From Hormiphora californensis (taxonomy: Eukaryota > Animalia > Ctenophora), in NCBI GenBank assembly GCA_020137815.1, contig CM035352.1:7502001-7566000 (forward strand): a DNA stretch of 64,000 nucleotides, written 5' to 3'. The translations under genes and the position numbers were made by a program. Position 1 is the first letter of the stretch. Each line of letters starts with the position of its first letter. Positions 35,192 through 46,544 of this stretch are shown here, in pieces. The notes below the pieces were generated by a model. That model was not told the DNA's origin, ran no database searches, and worked only from the letters and a program-made list of their open reading frames with translations.

Positions 35192-38042
35192 ATGTCAAAC
35201 TATCCATCTCCAGAGCCCCCGAATGAGCTCAAGAACATCATCAACAAGCTGGCCAACTTTGTGGTCCGAAATGGCCCTCAATTTGAGGAGATGACTCGTA
35301 AAAAGCAGGAGAACAACGAGCGATTTAGTTTTCTGTTTGGGGGCCAGTACCATGAGTATTATCAGTACCGGTTACAACAAGAGCGGTTAGAAGCAGGCAT
35401 CCCGGCCCCGGGTGTTCAGGCAGCTCCAGCTCCTGCTCCTGCTCATCCTCCTGAAGATCTTCCCGATTTGAACAAGTTCTTGACTCTACTTGGTCCCGTA
35501 ATGGCCTCCTGCACCAAGGATAGCATCCAACAGGCCCGGGGGTGGATCCTAGAGAACTGCAAACAAAGCCAGAGGGCATGGTACTTGGGCCAGTTCCTTC
35601 TTTATACCGTCAACAACGACCAGAGGTCTGGTAAAGAGAGATTACACGTTATATACCTCATGAATGATTGTCTACATCAGGCAACCAAAGCGAAGTTGAG
35701 CGATATCATCCAGGGATTAGAGGCTGTTGCGGTTGCGATGATGTACTGTGCTAAACAGGCTGATCCAGATAAACAACTGCTCCCCAAGGTGAAGAAGGTC
35801 CTGGATTTATGGAAGAAAAACAACTATTTCGAGGGTGGAACAATGTCGGAACTTGAAAAATGTGCCAACTCTGATAACTACAAGAATACAGAAAACTTCC
35901 CAGCTCTAGAAGGTGCCATCAACTATTGCTCCACGCTTGTTCCAACGCTTCTACAGTCACTAAAACAGGCCGATGAGGCTGCTAAACAGGCAGCAGCAGC
36001 GGCCCAACAACAACAGAAGATGCAGCAGCAGCAGCAGCAGCAGTATAATCAGCAACAAGGAAACAGCCCGGCACCTCGGAGGCAGAGCAGGTTTGATCGA
36101 GGTAATAGTGGTGGTAATCAGTGGCAGCAGGACCAAGACAGGCAGTACAACGATAACCAGAGATTTGAACAGGGTCCTCCTCCAACCCCTCCCAGACCAA
36201 GGTTCGATCAGCAATCTCCAAGGGGCCCTCCTCCGATGAGGTTTGAAAATGGACAACCTCAAGGTCCTCCGAATCGTCCCCCACCGCCATCAAGGTTCAA
36301 TGACGGACCTCCACCCCAGGGTGGAAGCCGTTTTGACCACGGACCCCCACCTCAGGGCGAAGGTCGGTTTGATCATGGCCCCCCTCCACAGGACAGAAGC
36401 AGATTCGATCATGGACTTCCTCAGGACAGAAGCCGTTTCGAGCAAGGTCCCCCTCAGGGCGGAAGCCGTTTTGACCACGGACCACCTCAGGGTGGAAGCC
36501 GTTTTGATCAAGGGCCCCCTCAGGGCGGAAGCCGTTTCGATCAAGGGCCCCCTCTGGGCGGAAGCCGTTTCGATCAAGGGCCCCCTCAGGGCGGAAACCG
36601 TTTCGATCAAGGACCCCCTCAGGGCGGAAGCCGTTTTGAACAAGGACCCCCACAGGGCAGAAGTAGATTCGATCAAGGACCCCCTCAGGGCGGAAACCGT
36701 TTCGATCAAGGACCCCCTCAGGGCGGAAACCGTTTCGATCAAGGACCCCCTCAGGGTGGAAGCCGTTTCGAACAAGGACCCCCTCAGGGCAGAAACCGAT
36801 TCGACCATGGACCCCCTCAGGGAGGAAGCCGTTTCGATCAAGGGCCCCCTCAGGGAGGAAGCCGTTTCGATCAAGGTCCCCCTCAGGGCGGAAACCGTTT
36901 TGATCAAGGGCCCCCTCAGGGCGGAAGCCGATTTGATCATGGACCCCCTCAGGGCGGGAGCCGTTTCGATCACGGACCACCTGGACCTCAGGGCGGAAAC
37001 CGATTTGATCATGGACCACCTGGACCCCCTGGCGAAAGACCATCACCGGGAAGACCAAACTCAAGATTCAGCCAAGGACCCCCACCAGGATTTGAGCCGC
37101 GTCGTCCACCCCCACAAAATGAGCCTCCCCCACCTCGTCTATCAAGAGGTCCCTACGAGAAGGTTGGACCGTGTACTAACGACTACCGGACCTATGAGAA
37201 CGGTTATGAGCCACAGGAGTTTCTCCGAATACTCCAGCTCCAGGTGGCCCAGAATTCTGTTCCCCAGACGCAAGAATACTACGATTTACCCGCTGGACTT
37301 CTCGTCCAACACATAAAACTGGATGAGTCAAGCTTCCGACCTATCGACCCACAGTCGATGCGCCTTCCGAGTCCGAAACCACCAAGCAAACGTCTTTTAG
37401 CGGCAGTGGAGCTATTTTACAAGATTGATAACTCTGATAAGAATTGTGAAGATGACGGCATCGACCCTGTAATCTTGAAGAATTATTTCCACGAAAAGAA
37501 GAAGCAGGTTCGAAGAAGAAAGAAAGGCCGATCATCTGCAAACATAACCTGGGCGGAATTCCGCGATGGAAGATCCCGATCTCGTTCTTCCTCTTCATCA
37601 TCCTCCTCATCCTCATCCTCTAGCTTCTGATTCAAGTGATAACAGGAGGAAACGAAGGAGAAGGAAGGGCTCCGCTGGATCCAGCTCCAGTTCCTCATCT
37701 TCTTCCAGTTCGGAGAGCGAGGAAGAGCAACGATCTAAACCAAGAAGGAAGCGAAGCAGGGAGAGGAGGTCCGTCACACCGCCCTCTTTTGGGGCACCCA
37801 GTGCGAGTGTAGATAAACAGCTTGGGGATGATAATATTGGTGCCCAGATGCTTAAGAAGATGGGTTGGGAAAGTGGAAAGGGGTTGGGTGCCAAGGGAAC
37901 GGGAATTGTTGAGCCTATCAAGGCTGATACGAGTAATATTAAAGATAAAAAGGCGGGTGTGGGCAATGCTAAGGACAGTTTTGAAGAGTTCAGAAAGAGA
38001 AAGAGTTACACTTACAACCGACCCTGGCAAGGGAAGTATTAG
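35192..38042 (+). CDS. CHERP: Calcium homeostasis ER protein / U2-associated splicing factor, intronless, with a frameshift near 37625
   Basis: SURP domain (IINKLANFVVRNGPQFE), CID domain, YYDLPAGLL motif, RS/Ser tract. The G-patch (NIGAQMLKKMGWESGKGLG) lies in the +1 frame ORF 37566-38042. Confidence 0.9.
36290..37025 (+). repeat. Coding 33-nt tandem repeat (RFDQGPPQGGS/N), about 21 units
   Basis: Visible directly in the DNA and in the CHERP translation. Confidence 0.95.
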
Positions 38043-38360
38043 CACGGACTTGATGTCTTTTTACCCCTCTTTATTTACCTAGCACATGGTTTATTTTATT
38101 GTGAAAACTTATTTAAACACGTGGTTTTTTAATTCTTTCCCTACCCCAGACTATCCCTATCCCATATCTCTGTTTACCCCAAACACTTCGATGTTGAGTC
38201 TCCAGTCCCATGACCCACAATATCGCTTTAAATCTCTAATCCTATCTAAATGCAATATCCCGACTACCCAGTACATCCCTCACACTTCTCTCCAATATCC
38301 CTATCCCAACACCTCTCTAATACTATTTCCTATGTCCCCATTATATCTCAGTTTCGTTAT

Positions 38361-41300
38361 ATGAGTTGGTATGATGAGAATATTCTAGAAAACCCATTCT
38401 TTAAAGAACTCCTGGAAAATGAGGAAATATTTGCAGTCGTGCTGGAGAAAAAACTGTAAGAATATTAAAAATTTAATTCCTGCTCAGATCTCATTATTCA
38501 GAATATTAACAACACAGCACTGAGCACTGAGCACCTGATTGTCGAGATAAGAACCCCACTCTACCCCAACAGGAGGGTTTGAGGGGTGACCTCGCTTCGA
38601 CTTCTGTGATCCAAGAAATCCTTGTCATCATCACCCCACATGTGGAACCCTGTCACACCCGTGCTTGGATCACAGAAGTCGGAGCAAGGTCACCCCTCAA
38701 ACCCTCCTGTTGCCCACTCTACCCCTCCCTTGATTATAGGACGGAATTACTAACCCCCCTCCCTTGATTATAGGACGGAATTACTAACCCCACTCTACCC
38801 CTCCCTTGTTTATAGGACGGTCTGTGTGCCCTGTCTGGGAAGCTATGGAAAAACACACGTGTTTTCCCCTGATGACTTTGAAACACATATTGTCTTCAAA
38901 AGTGAGGTATGTGCTTAGTACAGTGTCATTCGACCACGAGTTAGTGAAACTTAATTAATCCATTCAATTGCCAAATATCACTACATTCCATCGCCAAAAT
39001 ACCACTCCCCCAAATACAGTGTGACGCTGCAACCCCTGGGAGTGTGAACCAGTTCCAATCCCTAAATTCCCGCATTCTCATCGCTTCTGAGAGGGGGTTC
39101 ACTACCATTGAAGATGAACACGGGGAGGAGAAACTGGTTAAAATACTGTTCGAGGAAACCATATTCTTGGATGAAAACAAGTTTGTCAATGTAAGAATCA
39201 CGTGCTTGGTTACCTTCGATAACCATGGTAACGTGTTGTGGTAACCATGGTAACGTGTTGTGGTGAAAACCCTCACAACATTCTCTTTTATGTCGGATGA
39301 TAAGATTTCACGGGGATTTCACCAATCAGTAATCACCTATCCCCCTAGTAAAAAGTGAACGTCAGATATCTGGGTTTAAGGTCTGATTATGTGTGGGGGG
39401 TTCTGTGTTGAGATGGAGATGTTTTCAAATGAGGGTGGGTGAAGATAGAATAATCAAGAGGTTGATGTACATACCTTTTTCACAAATTTTGTATGAGATG
39501 TCGATGTCGCCGTATCCAGTAAGACTATTAATCATGTTCTTCCCGGTTGGAAGGATTCCTGTGCGATACAACGACGCTACCTCGTCCGAATTCAGTGCTT
39601 CGCTTGAGAAGAATGGCTGTTTCACTTGTCCCGTACAGGACTGTCCCGAGTTAAATGTACTTGGATCTCCTGGTTTGTCTTGATCCTAGGGAGGTTTAGA
39701 ATCAATAAATGGTATTTAGTTGACACATGGTAGTTCCGGGTAGTTCTAGATTGTGCAAGGTATTTAGGTTACCTGACCAAAGACCTGGTATCCCGCTTTA
39801 AGAATCGGATAGCTAGCAAGATCGTCCCTAGACACTGTTTCTACACCATTCTCGTAGACCTTCAGGCCACCAGAGTTGGTATTGAATGTAGCTGTGTAGT
39901 GGTTCCAGGTGCCCAGTGAAATCGTAGTTGTTGTCCCTAAAAAAATAATGTGTCAACTGTATTGGCCTTGTGCATTTGGTTCTGGTTTTTTTTACTCACT
40001 AACATTTTAAAATATGTAACTTACAAATTTTATTATCCTTAGCATAGTGAAAACGTAGTTTTTTGTATGATTTAACAAACCACGCATCAAGGGATTCATC
40101 GTTCAAATCTTGTGTTGTTAAATGACCAGCGGGAACCCCTGTTGAGTAGCCCATAACGCATTCATTATCATTTGACGGCCATGCATCGTACCGGAACCAG
40201 AACGCTAGAGTGAACTCGTTAAAGCTTCCAGTCCCTGTGAACTCTTGTATTGCATAGCTGACCTTGTCAGCAACAGATGGATACTGAATCTTATCAACAC
40301 ACCTGTCTGAAAGCAAAAGATTCTGTGATCGATATTCAGTAGGTTATTAAACGTTCGCTCGTTCTTTTTTTGACAAAATGAACACATTAACTGGAATGAG
40401 GGTGCATGAAGATAGAATAATCATACTATTATTAAAGCAAATAGGGAAATCCAGTGTAACGTTTTTTACCTTATATGGCATTTAGCACGTGCAGGTTTAG
40501 AGCCTAGAGGTGAACTGTGGAGTACTATTGGAGTGGGGCCAGGAGTCGGAGCCGTTGCCAATGGCATGGTTGCTACTGTTATACTGCACGTGCACGTGCA
40601 TTTGATCTTGCTTTAGTCTGTTTCACTGTTCCAGCTAATTATATGCTCTCTTCAACAACTCTTGATATACGACAGCGACAATTGGAGTTATTCACGCAAG
40701 ATCTCACCGCTATTCTCTACTTTTCCATACACTGAGGGGTTCAAATGCAGCATCACCAAAAGAAGTGCAGAGAGAACGAACAAGACGTTAGAGGTTAAAC
40801 AGAACCGATGATCAATCTCAGAGATTAAGGCAGATGAATACTGCAAGCAGACGAAATAGTAAGTTCTTTTATAACTTTGATCGCCGGATCATCATTTGAC
40901 GTTCTGAAACCAGAAACTCGCAGCGATCCCGCCTGAGCTCCTTCTAAGGTACCGTTACTTAAGATGGGATAGTGCATGTCATTAGTTAGACTGATGATGT
41001 CAGTGTTCCCTATTCCAGCTACCAATACCATTTCCCCGAAATTCGCCCGTAGGGCGAACGGGTTTACTAGTAATGATAAAGAGGTTGAAGAAACATACAT
41101 ACCTTTTTCACAAATTTTGTATGAGATGTCGATGTCGCCGTATCCAGTAAGACTATTCATCATGTTCTTCCCGGTTGGAAGGATTCCTGTGCGATACAAC
41201 GACGCTACCTTGTCCGAATTCAGTGCTTCGCTTGAGAAGAATGGCTGTTTCACTTGTCCTGTACAGGACTGTGCCGAGTTAAATGTACTTGGATCTCCTG

Positions 41301-44300
41301 GTTTGTCTTGATCCTAGGGAGGTTTAGAATCAATAAATGGTATTTAGTTGACACATGGCAATTCTAGATTGTGCAAGGTATTTAGGTTACCTGACCAAAG
41401 ACATGGTATCCCGCTTTAAGAATCGGATAGCTAGCAAGATCGTCCCTAGACACTGTTTCTACACCATTCTCGTAGATCTTCAGGCCACCAGAGTTGGTAT
41501 TGAATGTAACTGTGTAGTGGTTCCAGGCGCCCAGTGAAATCGTAGTTGTTGTCCCTAAAAAAATAATGTGTCAACTGTATTGGCCTTGTGCATTTGGTTC
41601 TGGATTTTTATCACTAACATTTTAAAATATGTAACTTACAAATTTTATTATCCTTAGCATAGTGAAAACGTAGTTTTTTGTATGATTTAACAAACCACGC
41701 ATCAAGGGATTCATCGTTCAAATCTTTTGTGGTTATAGGACCAGCGGGAACCCCTGTTGAGTAGCCCATAACGCATTCATTATCATTTGACGGCCATGCA
41801 TCGTACCGGAACCAGAACGCTAGAGTGAACTCGTTAAAGCTTCCAGTCCCTGTGAACTCTTGTATTGCATAGCTGACCTTGTCAGCAACAGATGGATACT
41901 GAATCTTATCAACACACCTGTCTGAAAGCAAAAGATTCTGTGATCGATATTCAGTAGGTTATTAAACGTTCGCTCGTTCTTTTTTTGACAAAACGAACAC
42001 ATTAACTGGAATGAGGGTGCATGAAGATAGAATAATAATGATAAAGAGGTTGAAGAAACATACATACCTTTTTCACAAATTTTGTATGAGATGTCGATGT
42101 CGCCGTATCCAGTAAGACTATTAATCATGTTCTTCCCGGTTGGAAGGATTCCTGTGCGATACAACGACGCTACCTTGTCCGAATTCAGTGCTTCGCTTGA
42201 GAAGAATGGCTGTTTCACTTGTCCTGTACAGGACTGTCCCGAGTTAAATGTACTTGAATCTCCTGGTTTGTCTTGATCCTAGGGTGGTTTAGAATCAATA
42301 AATGGTATTTAGTTGACACATAGTAGTTCTAGATTACTCAAGGTCGTTTAAGTTACCTGACCAAAGACCTGGTATCCCGCTTTAAGAATCGGATAGCTAG
42401 CAAGATCGTCCCTAGACACTGTTTCTACACCATTCTCGTAGATCTTCAGGCCACCAGAGTTGGTATTGAATGTAACTGTGTAGTGGTTCCAGGTGCCCAG
42501 TGAAATCGTAGTTGTTGTCCCTAAAACAAGAATTATTGCATTATGTATTCATAATGCGGTGTTTCCCTGCCCTCCGTCGACAGGATCAGTATCACACTAT
42601 CACAATATCAAGGCTTGGTCACAATGTAATGTGAGATGCATGCGATGTGTACTTCTCACATCGCTAACTCAAATTTAGCAACGAGCATTCGACAGTACCT
42701 AACCCAAACACTCATTTCATCAACCACCAAGTTCGACATCGCAAGTTAGCAGCGTCAACTAAACGTAACACGCTTCGCCGAACGGATTTTCTGTAAGGAA
42801 ACGTGCGCGGCTTTGTACTTTCTGTCACGGTTAGCGCCGCGCACAGCTCAGGGAAACAAGCGTCCGGACATCATATTTCATCAAAACAGTTATTTGATTT
42901 GATGAAGGAGCGCACTCGAGCGTTGTCAGGCGTTGTCCGTGACGGACGGACACATTTAGTTAACCCAACGATCTGCTGATTTCTAAACCCTGAATGATCT
43001 TTTTAGCACGTGCGTGCTAAAAACATCATCCGGGTGAATGCCCGAAGGGCATTCACCCGGGCAGGGAAAAAATAATTTGTCAACTGTATTGTCCTTGTGC
43101 ATTTGGTTCTGGTTTTTTTACTCACTAACATTTTAAAATATGTAACTTACAAATTTTATTATCCTTAGCATAGTGAAAACGTAGTTTTTTGTATGATTTA
43201 ACAAACCACGCATCAAGGGATTCATCGTTCAAATCTTGTGTTGTTAAATGACCAGCGGGAACCCCTGTTGAGTAGCCCATAACGCATTCATTATCATTTG
43301 ACGGCCACGCATCGTAACGGAACCAGAACGCTAGAGTGAACTCGTTAAAGCTTCCAGTCCCTGTGAACACTTGGATTGCATAGCTGACCTTGTCAGCAAC
43401 AGATGAATACTGAATCTTATCAACACACCTGTCTGAAAGTAGGAAATGGACGGTTATCCGAACCGAACCGGACTGTTTTTTGCAAATTTTTTTTCGGTTC
43501 GGTTCAAGAGTTAATAAAACCGAACCGAAAAAATGTTTGATCTCCACAAACCGAACCGAACCGAACCGAAAAATTTTTTGACCTCCATAAACCGAACCGA
43601 ACCGAACCGAACCGAACCGAAAAAAGTTTGGCCTCTATAAACCAAACCGAACCGAAAATTTTTTGACCTCTATAAACCGAACCGAACCGAACCGAAAATG
43701 TTTTACCGAACCGAACCGAACCGCAAACCGAACCGAACCGAACCGAAAACCGAACCGAACCGGACTGTTTTTGCAAAAAATTTTTCGGTTCGGTTCAAGA
43801 GTTAATAAAACCGAACCGAAAAAATGTTTGATCTCCACAAACCGAACCGAACCGAACCGAAAAATTTTTTGACCTCCATAAACCGAACCGAACCGAACCG
43901 AAAAAAGTTTGGCCTCTATAAACCAAACCGAACCGAAAATTTTTTGACCTCTATAAACCGAACCGAACCGAACCGAAAATGTTTTACCGAACCGAACCGA
44001 ACCGCAAACCGAACCGAACCGGACCGGAAACCGAACCGAACCGCAAACCGTTGCAAGTAATGTTTTTCATTTAGTTTTCACAGTCGGAACTCGGACCACA
44101 TTTCCCCTCCGAATCCCGATTTACCGGAATGATGGAGAAAGGGTTTTACGCAAATTGGGGTGCTTATGACAGGCAGCCTGGTATATATTATGTATTATAT
44201 ATGTGACATCTGTGTAGCTGCAGCAGGTCTGACTCAAAATTCATCCGAACCCATTCACTTAGAATAACCGAACCGAACCTCCATAAACCGAACCGAACCG

Positions 44301-46327
44301 AACCGAACCGAAAATTTTTTGACCTCCATAAACCGAACCGAACCGAAAAAATGTTTAGCCTCCATAAACCGAACCCAACCGAACTGATTGTTCGGTTTTA
44401 ACCCAAAAAAGGACAGGTCAACTGGAACGAAAAGTAAAAACCGAAAATAATTGTTACCTGTTGCTCCACTTTCTGATGTCAATGCTAAAAGAAATACCGC
44501 AAATGACAACAACATCACTCTAAACAGAAAAATAGTTTGAAAGAAAACAGTACTCTCTTCGCATAGGCGTTAAGAATACTAGAGAATAGGGAATAGTTAA
44601 TCGATGAGAATAATAATAAGGGACACTTCTATCTGCAACACTATTCTTTTTTCTCTAAGAACATTTGTAAGGCAAAGGCAAAGGGAGAGTGCAATAAATG
44701 GATTCCATCCTGCTGTGTCCGATTCGTTGAGTTTGTTCTCTTGCTCTCCCTTTGAGAAAGCTTTACTAGGGTGTGCCTGCTAATACAAGTAGTGCTCTCC
44801 TTACTGTTTAGAATGCTAGAGAGCGTTGGGGCGTCCGGCTAAATATAGAAAATGTTGTTGTACATCCCCCTCAGCCCTTCGAAAAGCAGAGATCTTCAAG
44901 GTAAAAACCACGATAAAATACCCTTTTGTGTCGGATGATAAGATTTCACCAATCACCTATCCCTCCTACTACTAGCCTCGGATCACAATGATTAACCCAG
45001 GCTCCGATTAATCTTAGAATTTGATTTAGGCCAGGAGTAGTGGGATACCCCTGTCGAGGCCGTGCGGCTCTCGCCGCTCGGTGTCGCCAGTGGTTGATCA
45101 CTATCTTCCTGGAGCGTCCGAAGTAACATGCTCTGCATAAACTGATTGGTGGGTGGCCTTGCTACGGCGGAGTGGTTGACTTCCTGGGGCGCCTAATAAG
45201 CGTGTTCGGTGCGGCTTCTACTACTTTCGGGTTGCTCCAGACGCAGCAATCACAAACAAAAACAAACAAACAAATTTGTCAATGTAATAATCACGTGCTT
45301 GGTTACCTTCGATAACCATGCTAACGTGTTGTGGTAACCATGGTAACGTGTTGTGGTAACCATGGTAACGTGTTGTGGTAACTGGTAACCATGGTAACAG
45401 GTATTGTCCAGGTTATATGCACTGATACACGACTAGATGGTACTTTTGACAGTGGATACCAGGAAATACAATATGAGAACGTTTCACAGGTATTTGATTT
45501 TGATTTTCAATTTTCAGATAAATACCGAAACAATATAATTTGTATTTCATTATCTTGTTCTATACCTTGTTCTATAACCTCCACCCCCTGGCCCTCCCGG
45601 CCCTAGTGTCCAATATGTTCTACCTTATAATAATGAAATAAGAGTTCTATACAGTATACCCTCTCCCGGTCTCGCAGTGTACGAGGTTTCTGTTTGATGA
45701 GAATACGGCCTGGTCTCGTGCCCAACTAGATGAGATCATCCAGAAATGTGTTGTCTCCCATCGCAGTGCAGGTTCGTGTCATAGATCGGTGGTATAGTAG
45801 GTGTCTTCTAGATACTATCTAGTAGATAGTGACTACCTATAATATAAAGTGCAGCCGGTAGTGGCCGGGAGCACAACTCATGAGTTTTAGTGTGCTAATA
45901 ATATCTCCCGGCTACTGTATTGAAAGAGTGTTTTGGCCTAGTTCATTAAGAGTTCTAATGACGGAGAAATCCCCACCAGGAATGTGCCTAAAGCAGTTGA
46001 TCTCAAACGCTAAACACACCTACACATCCTGCCTGGACCTTGTTGAAAAGGAATTCCATTTCCCCCGACGTGTCCTAAACAACCCTAATTTCCGGGTTTA
46101 TCGGGAGCTGAATGTGGAGTTATATGTAATGAGCGCCCTCCATGCCTCTATATTCGCTGAGTTGTGCTATATGAATGGGGCCAAGGATGCTGCTCTCAAC
46201 AAGACGTTACGGGGGTTGAGCCTGTTGAAACCTGGTGATGTTGAGGACCTTAATCCCGCGTTCTTCTCTGCTCTACCTGCAGTACAGGTAACATTGAATT
46301 GATATCCATCTTGTATTTGGTAATCTC

Positions 46328-46383
<56 letters not shown>

Positions 46384-46496
46384 GAAGTCTCTCTTCATCC
46401 GAGCTCTCTCTCTCTCTCATCTACTCCGTGTCCTCGCTCTCGTAGACTCTCCTCTCTCTCTCTTCTCTCTCTCTCTTCTCTCTCTCTCTCTCTCTC

Positions 46497-46544
<48 letters not shown>

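Noticed and set aside
36243-37316. Long alternative-frame and antisense ORFs over CHERP
   Set aside because: A by-product of the stop-poor 33-nt coding repeat.
43504-44060. SVRFG / NRTEP repeat proteins
   Set aside because: Translations of the (AACCG)n array within an intron.
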